This document shows, piece after piece, positions 9,596 through 18,766 of a stretch of 64,000 nt of DNA. The DNA comes from Parcubacteria bacterium C7867-008 (lineage in GTDB: Bacteria > Patescibacteriota > Minisyncoccia > Phycocordibacterales > Phycocordibacteraceae), in assembly GCA_001189215.1 (NCBI GenBank), contig LFCR01000006.1:840-64839 (forward strand). Direction: 5' to 3'. Each line of letters opens with the position of its first letter. Positions within the stretch are counted from its first letter, which is position 1. Position numbers and translations under genes: made by a program. The notes beneath the pieces were generated by a model. That model worked only from the letters and a program-made list of their open reading frames with translations. It was not told the DNA's origin and did no database searches.

Positions 9596-9683
9596 CGGAG
9601 ACGGAGGGATTCGAACCCTCGAGGGGCTATTAACCCCTGCCTCGTTAGCAGTGAGGTACTTTCGACCACTCAGCCACGTCTCC
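9596..9683 (-). tRNA. tRNA-Ser (anticodon GCU), class II with long variable arm
   Basis: Read on the minus strand the sequence is GGAGACGTGGCTGAGTGGTCGAAAGTA-CCTCA-CT-GCT-AA-CGAGG-(long variable arm)-GAGGGTTCGAATCCCTC-CGTCTCCG. It has a 7-bp acceptor, a TPsiC loop GTTCGAATC, and no encoded CCA. Confidence 0.8.
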
Positions 9684-9739
9684 AATGTCGTATATTCAGC
9701 ACTCCTTCAGCAGTGGTTCTCTAGTGTTACAATGCAACC

Positions 9740-10825
9740 ATGTCGTTATTTTCAAACCTATTCGGCAGCAAGAAAAGCAGGAGTGTTCTTGGTGTCGATA
9801 TAGGATCTTCTTCACTTAAAGTTGTCCAGCTTCGTCGTGATGGGGAAACTGCAGTTTTAGAGACCTACGGTGAGTTAGCACTGGGTCCGTATGCCGGTGG
9901 AGAAATAGGTCAGGCAACAAACCTTCCTGCAGCAAAGATTGCAGAGACTCTCAAAGATCTAATTCAAGAATCAAGTGTCACCACTACTGACTCTGGTATC
10001 TCTATTCCATTCTCACGTTCACTTCTAACACTCGTAGAATTACCGTATCGAGAGAATCCAGAGGAACAGAAGACAATGATCGAACTTGAAGCTCGTAAGT
10101 ATATTCCAGTGCCGGTTTCTGAAGTGCAACTAGATTGGTTCATCGTTCCAGAACCAGCTGCACAAGGTGCACCAACACCAACCAAGATGAAGGTGCTTAT
10201 TGTGGCGGTGCACAATGATCAACTTACTCTCCTGCAAAGCGTAATTGCTGGAGCAGGTCTCACTGCTACGTTCTACGAGATTGAGATTTTCAGTACTATT
10301 CGCTCTGTAGTTGATGAGCCAGTACTTCCCGTACTAATACTTGATATAGGTGCATCGGCAACAAAGGTATATGTGGTAGAGCATGGCGTTGTTGCGCTTT
10401 CGCACAATATTCCACAAGGAGGACAGGATGTAACACGCAGTATTGCTACCGCACACGGCTATTCCGTATCTAAAGCAGAAGCACTTAAGAAAGAGCATGG
10501 TTTTGCAGATGGGAAGGGAGTATACGAACGTAAGACTATTGAATTAATATTCTCGCGTATCTTTGAAGAGACAAAGCGTGTACTTACGCAGTTTGAAACT
10601 ACTCATCAAAAGACGATTTCCTGCATTGTCCTTACTGGCGGTGGCGGTGTTACTCCTGAATTGGTTAAGTATGCAAAGGAATTCTTTGCTCTTGATGTGA
10701 AACTTGCTGATCCGTTCGCAAAAACTCAGGCACCAGCATTCATGCGCCCGGTACTTGAGCAAATTGGGCCTGAGTTTGCAGTGGCAGTGGGTGTTGCACT
10801 ACGCAAACTTGAAGAAACTGCCTAA
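9740..10825 (+). CDS. pilM: Type IV pilus assembly protein PilM (actin-like ATPase fold)
   Basis: N-terminus SRSVLGVDIGSSSLKVVQL plus two actin-like subdomains. It sits at the head of a pilMNOP-like block. Confidence 0.8.
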   Translation: MSLFSNLFGSKKSRSVLGVDIGSSSLKVVQLRRDGETAVLETYGELALGPYAGGEIGQATNLPAAKIAETLKDLIQESSVTTTDSGISIPFSRSLLTLVELPYRENPEEQKTMIELEARKYIPVPVSEVQLDWFIVPEPAAQGAPTPTKMKVLIVAVHNDQLTLLQSVIAGAGLTATFYEIEIFSTIRSVVDEPVLPVLILDIGASATKVYVVEHGVVALSHNIPQGGQDVTRSIATAHGYSVSKAEALKKEHGFADGKGVYERKTIELIFSRIFEETKRVLTQFETTHQKTISCIVLTGGGGVTPELVKYAKEFFALDVKLADPFAKTQAPAFMRPVLEQIGPEFAVAVGVALRKLEETA

Positions 10826-10885
10826 CTTCATCTTGTGTGTATAACAGGAGACGTAAAGTTGCAGTAAATATCGTATACTCATAAG

Positions 10886-11536
10886 GTGGCTATTTCTCCT
10901 GGCATCCCAACCTCATTTGTTCCAAAACTTCCTGTGCAGGCGCCAAAGCGTCGCATGAGTTTTGCGAACAATCTATTTCTTCTGGTATCACTCGGTATCG
11001 GAGGGCTCGCTATTCTTGCAGCAGTACTTGTTCTCGCGTATGCACAATTCCTAATGCATATAGAAGACACAAAAGCAGCAGAACTTCAGAAGGAACAAGA
11101 ATCCGTTAGTGCTGAGACCGTTAAAGAATACGTACGACTCAAAGACCGATTTAATTCAGGCCAACAACTTCTTTCAAACCACATCACACTGTCTCGATTC
11201 TTCGATGAGCTTGAGGTCCTTACACTTCAGAATGTGCAATTTAATTCACTCCGTCTCTCAGTAGCGGGGGATGGTGCTGCAAAAATCGAGCTTGATGGTG
11301 CAGCAAAGAACTTCAATGCACTTGCGGTGCAGTCTAATGCGGTGGCAAGTGATAAGAAGATAAAACGAGCAATATTCTCTGGTATTCGTTTTGATTCAAA
11401 TACTGAGAAGTCTTCACGTATCTTGTTCAAACTTACCGCAGACCTTGAACCAGACTTGGTGCACGGTGCAACACCAACTCCAGCTGCAGTTCCAGCTGCA
11501 CCGGTCGTGCCTAGTGCAACCACCACAACGCCATGA
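10886..11536 (+). CDS. pilN: PilN-like bitopic membrane protein
   Basis: Single TM (LFLLVSLGIGGLAILAAVLVLAY) followed by a coiled-coil and periplasmic domain, positioned immediately after pilM. The GTG start at 10886 is uncertain; an alternative Met lies at 10955. Confidence 0.55.
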   Translation: MAISPGIPTSFVPKLPVQAPKRRMSFANNLFLLVSLGIGGLAILAAVLVLAYAQFLMHIEDTKAAELQKEQESVSAETVKEYVRLKDRFNSGQQLLSNHITLSRFFDELEVLTLQNVQFNSLRLSVAGDGAAKIELDGAAKNFNALAVQSNAVASDKKIKRAIFSGIRFDSNTEKSSRILFKLTADLEPDLVHGATPTPAAVPAAPVVPSATTTTP

Positions 11537-12096
11537 TCACTCGTCTCTTACCATTCGTAGCACTGCTTGTTGCTGGAGCACTTATCTTCGGCTACATCGT
11601 CCCTACCTATAAAGGCACTATCACTGCAACACAGGGTCGTATACAGAGTTACGAAAATGCTCTTGCGGCAGCAAAGCGTTTTTCACAGAAAGAAGCAGAT
11701 CTCGCGCAGCAGAGAGCTGCTATCGATCCACAACAGCTTGCACGACTTGAAAACTTCCTCCCTGATGGAGTTAATAACGTGCAACTCATTCTTGATATGG
11801 ATGGTCTTGCTGCGCGTTCTGGTATGACACTTTCAAATTTCAATATCGATACCTCTTCGGTGACAAATGGATCAGCTCCATTAAACCCTAATGCACTCGT
11901 ACTTGAATCAGGAGATCCGGTTGATTCTATTGAACTTTCTGTTGAAGCAACAGGAACGTACTCAGAGTTCCGTACATTCCTTGATGGAATCGAGCGTAGT
12001 CTTCGTCCACTTGATATTGTTAATATCGAGGTCTCAAGCGGAGCGAATGGTGTCTATCGATATGTATTGACCATGCGCATCTACTGGCTCCACTAA
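11533..12096 (+). CDS. pilO: PilO-like bitopic membrane protein
   Basis: TM helix LLPFVALLVAGALIFGYIV followed by a coiled coil (QSYENALAAAKRF...) and periplasmic domain. Translationally coupled to pilN by a 4-nt overlap. Confidence 0.55.
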   Translation: MITRLLPFVALLVAGALIFGYIVPTYKGTITATQGRIQSYENALAAAKRFSQKEADLAQQRAAIDPQQLARLENFLPDGVNNVQLILDMDGLAARSGMTLSNFNIDTSSVTNGSAPLNPNALVLESGDPVDSIELSVEATGTYSEFRTFLDGIERSLRPLDIVNIEVSSGANGVYRYVLTMRIYWLH

Positions 12097-12102
12097 ACAC
12101 GT

Positions 12103-12408
12103 ATGCACTTAACTAAAAGCAACATCATACTCGCCATCGCTGCAGGCCTCACGCTTATTGCGGCAGTGTATTACTACTTCTTCTATAACCGCGATACGGG
12201 CCCTGCGGTGGTAGTAGCCGCTCCTGCAAGCGCTGCAGAACTCGACTTTGTGAATCTCGTAGTGCAAATCGACAGTATCTCTTTCAACACGGCTATCTTC
12301 TCTGATCCTCGTTTTACTTCTCTTGTTGATATTCACACTATCGTTGTTCCTGAAGCAGCAGGTCGTCGTGACCCCTTTGCTGCGCTCCCTGGAGCTATTG
12401 CACCGTAG
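12103..12408 (+). CDS. Small PilP-like protein (TM anchor plus C-terminal GRRDPF motif)
   Basis: 101 aa with N-terminal TM. The C-terminus ...PEAAGRRDPFAALP carries the RDPF motif seen in PilP-type pilus-assembly lipoproteins. Its position after pilMNO fits that role. Confidence 0.35.
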   Translation: MHLTKSNIILAIAAGLTLIAAVYYYFFYNRDTGPAVVVAAPASAAELDFVNLVVQIDSISFNTAIFSDPRFTSLVDIHTIVVPEAAGRRDPFAALPGAIAP

Positions 12409-12493
12409 TTGTTTTTCCTTGTCGCTGCGTACGCGCGGCAGCAAGGTATATGTATAATGGATACATGATGCGCATGCGCTGCACAGTCTCTGT

Positions 12494-14260
12494 ATGAACG
12501 TACTCTCCATTCTCACAGATGCGGGACTATTGAAAGCGGAAGACGCTACAGCAATTGCAGAAGAAGCACGTGCCACGCAAACACCAATCGAAACGATACT
12601 TGATAAGCGCGGCATCACGATAGAGCAAATCCTTGCGAAGGAGAGTGAAAAATACGGACTCCCAGCGCGCGCAGTCCCAAATGCTCCACGTGGTAGGGAG
12701 GTGCTTGATCATATTCCAGAGGAGTCAGCGCGGCACTACGGATTTGCACCACTCGCAGTGGTCGATGGTGCGCTTGAAGTGGGTATTATTGATCCTGACA
12801 ATATTGAAGCACTGGATGCGCTTCAGTTTATTTCAAGCAGAGTTGGACTTCCATACAAGTTGTTCCTCATAAGTCAGGCAGATTTTGATAAAGTTCTTGA
12901 AGAATATGGCAGTCTTTCTGAAGAGGTTGGAACGGCGCTATCTGAACTCGAACCAGCTGCTGAAACAGAAGAAGCTAAAGGTAAGGATGGGCAGGTAGAG
13001 ACGGTAATTAAAGAGGATGCGCCAGTTACGAAGATTGTTGCAACGATACTTAGGTACGCGGTAGAAGGGGGTGCCAGTGATATTCACATTGAGCCTGGTA
13101 TAGATAAAACTCATGTTCGCTTCCGTATGGATGGTGATCTGCACACATCACTGGAACTACCGGTGAAAGTGCACCCTGCAGTGGTTGCGCGTATCAAGAT
13201 TCTTTCGCAGATGCGTCTCGACGAGAAACGTAAGCCACAAGACGGTCGTTTCTCGGCACAAGTCGAAGGACGTCGTATCGATTTTCGTGTGTCTACCTTC
13301 CCAACCCAAGGAGGAGAGAAGGTGGTAATGCGTATCTTGGACCGTTCAAAATCAGTAGCAACACTAGAAAGCCTTGGTTTTTCAGAGAAGGATTTCCAAA
13401 TCATAAAGGAGTCACTTGATCGACCATACGGCATCATTCTTATCTCTGGACCTACCGGATCTGGTAAATCAACCACATTGTTCGCGATGCTTTCTGCCAT
13501 TGATCGTGAGACCCAGAACGTTGTCTCGCTTGAAGATCCGGTTGAGTATGAAGTCCCTGGTGTATCACAATCTCAAGTGCATCCTGAAATTGGCTATACT
13601 TTTGCTTCAGGTCTTCGTTCCATTCTTCGTCAGGACCCTGACGTGATCATGGTGGGAGAGATTCGCGATAAAGAGACGGCGCAGCTCGCCATTCAAGCTG
13701 CTCTTACAGGACACCTTGTGTTCTCAACTATTCACACGAATACTGCAGCGGGTGTAATTCCACGTCTCGTGGATATGGGTGTGGATCCCTATCTCATTGC
13801 GCCAACGCTTATTGCAGCTATTGGCCAGCGTTTGGTGCGCAAGCTCTGTCCTGGTGCAGGGGTACCTCAGCCTATTAGTCCAAGTATTAAACTGCTGCTT
13901 GAGAAGGAATTCTCAGATCTTCCACCTGAACATCGCCAGAACCTTCCTGCATTTGATACCGCATTTGAAGCTACCACCACCGCAGATTGTCCAAACGGTA
14001 CTCGTGGGCGTCTTGCGGTGTTTGAAATTCTTCGTATGGATAAGGATCTAGAACGCGTGGTGCTTGAAGACCCAGTAGAGGAAAAAGTATATGCAGCGGC
14101 ACGTGAGAAAGGCATGTTTACGATGCGTGAGGATGCTATCATGAAAGCACTCGCCGGTCAGATTCCGTTCGAGGAAGTGAACACGCTCGGTGGCGCGCTC
14201 CTTGCAGAAAGTGATCCGGAACCGGAAAACAATCCTGAAGCAGCTGCCGCAGCACCCTAG
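12494..14260 (+). CDS. pilB: Type IV pilus assembly ATPase PilB (GspE family)
   Basis: N-terminal GSPII_E_N-like domain, Walker A GPTGSGKSTT, Asp/His boxes, and a C-terminal CPxG...C region. Confidence 0.9.
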   Translation: MNVLSILTDAGLLKAEDATAIAEEARATQTPIETILDKRGITIEQILAKESEKYGLPARAVPNAPRGREVLDHIPEESARHYGFAPLAVVDGALEVGIIDPDNIEALDALQFISSRVGLPYKLFLISQADFDKVLEEYGSLSEEVGTALSELEPAAETEEAKGKDGQVETVIKEDAPVTKIVATILRYAVEGGASDIHIEPGIDKTHVRFRMDGDLHTSLELPVKVHPAVVARIKILSQMRLDEKRKPQDGRFSAQVEGRRIDFRVSTFPTQGGEKVVMRILDRSKSVATLESLGFSEKDFQIIKESLDRPYGIILISGPTGSGKSTTLFAMLSAIDRETQNVVSLEDPVEYEVPGVSQSQVHPEIGYTFASGLRSILRQDPDVIMVGEIRDKETAQLAIQAALTGHLVFSTIHTNTAAGVIPRLVDMGVDPYLIAPTLIAAIGQRLVRKLCPGAGVPQPISPSIKLLLEKEFSDLPPEHRQNLPAFDTAFEATTTADCPNGTRGRLAVFEILRMDKDLERVVLEDPVEEKVYAAAREKGMFTMREDAIMKALAGQIPFEEVNTLGGALLAESDPEPENNPEAAAAAP

Positions 14261-14266
14261 CAACTT

Positions 14267-14668
14267 TTGATATCTATTCTTATGGCCTCTCAGTATCGTA
14301 TCTTTCTCGTTGATGATGACCGTTTTCTTCTCGACATGTATGCCGTGAAGTTTAAGGCTGCTGGCCATGAAGTAACGGCATTCCAGGCGGGTATGCTTGC
14401 ACTTGAAGCGTTACGCACAGGTCCAGCACCTGACGCGCTTCTTCTTGATATCGTAATGCCTGAGATAGACGGGTTCGGTGTACTAGAGACTATTCGCAAA
14501 GAAAATCTTATCCCAACCACAAAGATCATCGTACTTTCGAATCAGGGACAGGAATCTGACATTGAACACGCTAACAAGCTTGGCGTTGCGGGGTACATCA
14601 TCAAGGCATCAGCTATTCCTTCCGAAGTATTCTCTGAAACTATTCGAATAATTGAGAAGCCCGCATGA
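14267..14668 (+). CDS. Stand-alone response-regulator receiver (CheY-like) protein
   Basis: YRIFLVDDD ... LLLDIVMPEIDGF ... KIIVLS ... YIIKA are canonical REC-domain blocks with no output domain. It sits between pilB and pilT and overlaps the pilT start by 4 nt. Confidence 0.7.
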   Translation: MISILMASQYRIFLVDDDRFLLDMYAVKFKAAGHEVTAFQAGMLALEALRTGPAPDALLLDIVMPEIDGFGVLETIRKENLIPTTKIIVLSNQGQESDIEHANKLGVAGYIIKASAIPSEVFSETIRIIEKPA

Positions 14669-15729
14669 GTGGAGCTACCTCCAAAATCGGACCGCTTCTA
14701 GATACCGTTATAAGCGAGGGTGGGTCAGACCTACACCTTTCTGTTGGATCACATCCAATCATCCGTGTGTCTGGTTCTCTCGTACCACTCTTGCAGCATC
14801 CTGTTCTTACAAAAGAAGACACCATGGAGATGTTGAATGCTATGGTGCCTCAAGAGCGTCTTGAGACGTTTGCAAAGGTTCAGTCGGTAGACTTTTCATA
14901 CTCCCATACTGAACAGTCTCGTTTCCGTGTGAACGGATATGTGGTGCAAGGACGTGTGACCATGGCGCTCCGTCTTATCCCACGCGAAACCTTCACTTTC
15001 GCAAACCTAAACCTACCGCCTATTCTTGAAGTGTTTACGCAGCGTACCCAAGGATTCTTCCTTATTGTGGGTCCAGTGGGGCAGGGAAAGTCCACAACGA
15101 TGGCAGCGATTATCGATCGCATCAATGAGACACGTGCAGAACACATCCTTACTATTGAAGATCCTGTGGAATATTTGTTCGAACAGAAGAAGTCTCTTAT
15201 TCATCAGCGTGAAGTACACGTAGATGCACCAGACTTCCAGAGCGCACTGCAGGCAGCATTCCGTGAAGATATGAACGTGATCATGGTGGGTGAGATGCGT
15301 GATCAGGAGACTATCTCTTCAGCCGTAACCGCTGCAGAAACTGGCCACCTTGTCCTTTCAACACTGCATACCAACAATGCAGCACAGACGATCGATCGTA
15401 TCATCGATATGTTCCCTGCAACACAGCAGGATCAGGTCCGTGTGCAGCTTGCAGCATCACTTGCAGGTATCTTCTCGCAGCGTCTTGTCCCACGCATCCA
15501 GGGAGGACTTATCCCTGCATACGAGCTTCTCATTAACAACAACGCCGTTGCTAACCTTATTCGTGAGGGGCGTACCCATGAGATCACCACGGTTGTACAA
15601 ACAAGCTCCCAGGAAGGAATGGTTGATATGGATCGTTCATTGGCCGAACTTGTGCGTCGTGGAGAAGTTACGATTGAACACGCATACGAACGCTCGCTCG
15701 ACCCTAAGACATTTGAACGTTATCTTTAG
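14665..15729 (+). CDS. pilT: Twitching-motility retraction ATPase PilT
   Basis: Walker A GPVGQGKSTT, plus the PilT hallmark AIREG-type motif (LIREGRTHEI) and ETGHLVLSTLHTN. Confidence 0.9.
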   Translation: MSGATSKIGPLLDTVISEGGSDLHLSVGSHPIIRVSGSLVPLLQHPVLTKEDTMEMLNAMVPQERLETFAKVQSVDFSYSHTEQSRFRVNGYVVQGRVTMALRLIPRETFTFANLNLPPILEVFTQRTQGFFLIVGPVGQGKSTTMAAIIDRINETRAEHILTIEDPVEYLFEQKKSLIHQREVHVDAPDFQSALQAAFREDMNVIMVGEMRDQETISSAVTAAETGHLVLSTLHTNNAAQTIDRIIDMFPATQQDQVRVQLAASLAGIFSQRLVPRIQGGLIPAYELLINNNAVANLIREGRTHEITTVVQTSSQEGMVDMDRSLAELVRRGEVTIEHAYERSLDPKTFERYL

Positions 15730-15732
15730 CCT

Positions 15733-16944
15733 ATGCTTTTTGCCTATCGCGCTCTTGATGCAGATGGACATGAACGCTCAGGAAGCGTTGAAGCGCTTTC
15801 ACAGGATGTTGCGGTATCAACACTGCAACGCCGTAACCTGATCGTCTCGTCTATCGAGCCGATGGTGAAAGAGAAGGGGTTGGCAATGAACCTCGACTTT
15901 ATCTTCAGTCACGTCTCTAACAAAGAGGTCGTGATTCTTTCACGTCAGATAGCAACACTCTTCGAGGCGCAGGTGTCTGCGCTCCGCATTTTCCGTCTCC
16001 TTGCTTCGGAGGTGGACAACAAGATACTTGGCGAGATCATGACCCAGGTTGCTGATGATCTTCAAGGCGGAAGTCCGATATCTAAAGCACTTGCACGACA
16101 TCCGAAGGTATTCACTGGTTTCTATGTGAACATGGTGCGATCCGGTGAAGAGTCTGGAAAGCTCTCTGAGACATTCGGGTACCTCGCAGACTATCTTGAT
16201 CGTACCTATGAAGTGATGAGTAAGGCACAAAACGCACTTATCTACCCTGCATTCGTTATCGGGGTGTTCTTTGTGGTTATGGGACTCATGCTCACTGTGG
16301 TTATTCCAAAGATCAGTGTGATTCTCCTTGAATCAGGCCAAGAAGTGCCTCTCTACACAAAGATTGTTATCGGGGTTTCTAATTTCTTGGTGCACTATGG
16401 CTTCCTCTTTATTCTTGCGATGGTTGCTGGGGTAGTGGTTGCCTACCGCATGCTTCAGACAGAGAACGGTAAACTTTTCTTCGATAGTCTCAAACTCGAC
16501 TTACCGTATATTGGTGATCTGTATTCAAAGCTCTATCTCTCACGAATTGCAGATAACTTTGCAACGATGCTTGTTTCCGGTGTGCCACCAGTGGAAGCCG
16601 TGGAAACAACTGCTGCGGTGGTCGGTAGTGCAACCTTCCAAGATCTTCTTCGTGAAGCTGCAGAAGAAGTGAAGGGAGGTGTACCTATATCTGAAGCCTT
16701 GGGTAAGCACCCAGAAATTCCAGGCATCATGGTGGCCATGATCCGTGTGGGTGAGGAAACAGGAGAACTTGGAAACATTCTAAATACTCTTGGTAAGTTC
16801 TATCGTCGTGAAGTGTCTAACTCTGTTGATACCTTGGTGGGTCTTATTGAGCCACTCATGATCGTTTTCCTTGGCCTTGGTGTTGGTACTTTGCTCGCAT
16901 CGGTGATGATTCCGATCTACAACCTTGCGGGTGCAATCAACTAA
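15733..16944 (+). CDS. pilC: Type IV pilus platform protein PilC (GspF family)
   Basis: Two GspF-like repeats (EAQVSALRIFRLLAS ... and DNFATMLVSGVPPVEA...) and 3 TM segments. Confidence 0.85.
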   Translation: MLFAYRALDADGHERSGSVEALSQDVAVSTLQRRNLIVSSIEPMVKEKGLAMNLDFIFSHVSNKEVVILSRQIATLFEAQVSALRIFRLLASEVDNKILGEIMTQVADDLQGGSPISKALARHPKVFTGFYVNMVRSGEESGKLSETFGYLADYLDRTYEVMSKAQNALIYPAFVIGVFFVVMGLMLTVVIPKISVILLESGQEVPLYTKIVIGVSNFLVHYGFLFILAMVAGVVVAYRMLQTENGKLFFDSLKLDLPYIGDLYSKLYLSRIADNFATMLVSGVPPVEAVETTAAVVGSATFQDLLREAAEEVKGGVPISEALGKHPEIPGIMVAMIRVGEETGELGNILNTLGKFYRREVSNSVDTLVGLIEPLMIVFLGLGVGTLLASVMIPIYNLAGAIN

Positions 16945-17047
16945 ATAAAGGCATTATCCACACGTTAGCGCATATGTATGTATTCTTCACGTACAATACA
17001 TATAGCGGAACATTACTCGTAACCCGCATAACTTACTTAATCAAACT

Positions 17048-17551
17048 ATGACATCTGTATCTTCTGCGGCACGACGCGGTTTCACTCTCATCGAGCTCCT
17101 CGTCGTTATCGCCATCATCGGTATTCTCTCTTCTGTAGTGCTCGCATCTCTCAACACAGCACGTAACAAGGGAGCTGACGCTTCAGTGAAATCAAACCTC
17201 GGCGAAGCACGCGCTCAGGCTGAACTTTTCTACGACGCAAACGGTAACAAGTACCTTGTCGCTGCAGGTGCAACTACTGACGTTTGTGCTCCTACTGGCC
17301 TCGTTGGCGGTGTTAAGGGTATTGCAACATCAGTAACTGCAGCAGCTGCTGCAACTGGCGCAACATACACCGGTACACTTGCTAACCCTAGTACCGCTAC
17401 TGTTGCTGCTTGTCACGCACTTGCTGACGGTAGCGCATGGGCAGCTTCTGCTCCTCTCAAGGCAACTACGGGTTACTACTGTGTTGACAGCACTGGTAAC
17501 GCTACCAGCACTGCAACAGCACTTGCTGGAGGTATTGCAGTTTGCAGCTAG
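17048..17551 (+). CDS. Type IV major pilin, paralog 1
   Basis: Class III signal RRG/FTLIELLVVIAIIGILSSVVLASL with Glu+5, and a C-terminal Cys pair. Confidence 0.85.
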   Translation: MTSVSSAARRGFTLIELLVVIAIIGILSSVVLASLNTARNKGADASVKSNLGEARAQAELFYDANGNKYLVAAGATTDVCAPTGLVGGVKGIATSVTAAAAATGATYTGTLANPSTATVAACHALADGSAWAASAPLKATTGYYCVDSTGNATSTATALAGGIAVCS

Positions 17552-17575
17552 TCTCCAACTGGCAACTCTTGTGCG

Positions 17576-17604
17576 GAAAGAAAGCGCCGAAAGGCGCTTT
17601 CTTC
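17576..17604 (+). terminator. Perfect 13-bp stem/GAAA tetraloop hairpin between pilin 1 and pilin 2 (attenuating terminator)
   Basis: GAAAGAAAGCGCC-GAAA-GGCGCTTTCTTC. U-rich 3' arm. Confidence 0.55.
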
Positions 17605-17625
17605 ATATACGTAATCCCCACGGAG

Positions 17626-17655
17626 TAGGAGGGGGTATAAAGTATCTCGTATACT
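17626..17655 (+). promoter_or_regulatory. Putative promoter TAGGAG-N18-TATACT, 7 nt before the pilin-2 ATG (leaderless-type)
   Basis: The same -35-like hexamer, spacer length and position relative to the ATG recur upstream of pilins 3 and 4. Confidence 0.45.
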
Positions 17656-17662
17656 GAAACGT

Positions 17663-18169
17663 ATGACTCCTTCGTGCGCTCATACGCGCGGTTTCACTCT
17701 CATCGAGCTCCTCGTCGTTATCGCCATCATCGGTATTCTCTCTTCTGTGGTGCTCGGGGCTCTTAATTCAGCGCGCAACAAAGCAGCCGATGCAGCCATA
17801 AAATCGAATCTAGAAAATGCACGAAAGCAAGCAGCACTTTTTTATGAAACGAACGGCGGTAGGTATGTTGGTGCTGCAGGTACTGCAACAGACGTTTGTT
17901 CGCCACTTGCTTCGGTCGGGAGCCCTGCGGTAAAAGGTATTTACGGTTATGTTTCTGCTGCTGCAACTGCAGCCGGCATCTCACCCACAGTAGTCATGAA
18001 TGGTACTGATAGTTCAGCAATCGCTGCTGCTTGTCATGCAAATGCTGCGGTGTGGGGAGCTGAGGTACCACTCAAATCCAATCCCTCACTTAATTTTTGC
18101 GTCGATAATTATGGGACTGCAACCATTACTCCAACGGTTCTTAATGGTGCTTTTGCTACGTGCAGCTAA
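17663..18169 (+). CDS. Type IV major pilin, paralog 2
   Basis: TRG/FTLIELLVVIAIIGILSSVVLGAL. The mature N-terminal 25 aa are near-identical to paralogs 1, 3 and 4; the C-terminal domain diverges. Confidence 0.85.
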   Translation: MTPSCAHTRGFTLIELLVVIAIIGILSSVVLGALNSARNKAADAAIKSNLENARKQAALFYETNGGRYVGAAGTATDVCSPLASVGSPAVKGIYGYVSAAATAAGISPTVVMNGTDSSAIAAACHANAAVWGAEVPLKSNPSLNFCVDNYGTATITPTVLNGAFATCS

Positions 18170-18181
18170 TCCACATGTACA

Positions 18182-18217
18182 TAGGAATGAATAGCAACAT
18201 ATACGTATAATACGTAT
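18182..18217 (+). promoter_or_regulatory. Putative promoter TAGGAA-N18-TATAAT plus tandem palindromes ATACGTAT-A-ATACGTAT abutting the pilin-3 ATG
   Basis: The -10 TATAAT (18206-18211) ends 6 nt before the ATG. Two copies of the self-complementary octamer ATACGTAT overlap the -10 and reach the start codon, consistent with an operator. Confidence 0.45.
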
Positions 18218-18718
18218 ATGACTTCACTACGCGTGTTCACACGCGGTTTCACTCTCATCGAGCTCCTCGTCGTTATCGCCATCATCGGTATTCTCTCTTC
18301 TGTGGTGCTCGCATCTCTCAACACAGCACGTAACAAGGGAGTTGATGCTGCGGTAAAGACAAATCTTGGTGAAGCACGTGGTCAAGCTGAACTTTTCTAC
18401 GACGCAAATAATTTTCACTATGTGGGGACAGCAGGTACGGTTGATGATGTTTGTTTCTCAGGTGCATCAGTAGGAGGTGTACGTGGTATCTATGGATCAG
18501 TATCTTTTGCAGGAACATCTAGCGGTGGTTCACCAACAGTTGCAATGACAGGTTCCCCGAGTTCTCCAACAGAAGCTGCGTGTCATGCGGACATGACTGC
18601 ATGGGCAGCATCAGCTCCTCTTCGTCATCAGGTGAATATGTATTACTGCGTAGATAGCACGGGTATTGCGACCGTTACACCAAACGTTCTTCCTGCAGGC
18701 CAGTTGTATTGCAGCTAA
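18218..18718 (+). CDS. Type IV major pilin, paralog 3
   Basis: MTSLRVFTRG/FTLIELLVVIAIIGILSSVVLASLNTARNKG. The 5' ~200 nt are nearly identical to paralog 1. Confidence 0.85.
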   Translation: MTSLRVFTRGFTLIELLVVIAIIGILSSVVLASLNTARNKGVDAAVKTNLGEARGQAELFYDANNFHYVGTAGTVDDVCFSGASVGGVRGIYGSVSFAGTSSGGSPTVAMTGSPSSPTEAACHADMTAWAASAPLRHQVNMYYCVDSTGIATVTPNVLPAGQLYCS

Positions 18719-18730
18719 TCCCCATATCGG

Positions 18731-18766
18731 TAGGAGGGAATACCTATATATACGTATAATACGTAT
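18731..18766 (+). promoter_or_regulatory. Putative promoter TAGGAG-N18-TATAAT plus tandem ATACGTAT palindromes abutting the pilin-4 ATG
   Basis: Same architecture as 18182-18217. The 47 nt upstream of the ATG and the first ~75 nt of the coding sequence are near-identical to the pilin-3 copy. Confidence 0.45.

Noticed and set aside
16945-17047. Sigma-54 (GG-N10-GC) promoter upstream of the first pilin
   Set aside because: No TGGCAC-N5-TTGC-like element is present in the 100 bp upstream. There are only weak sigma-70-like hexamers (TACAAT at 16992-16997), so it is not reported as a feature.
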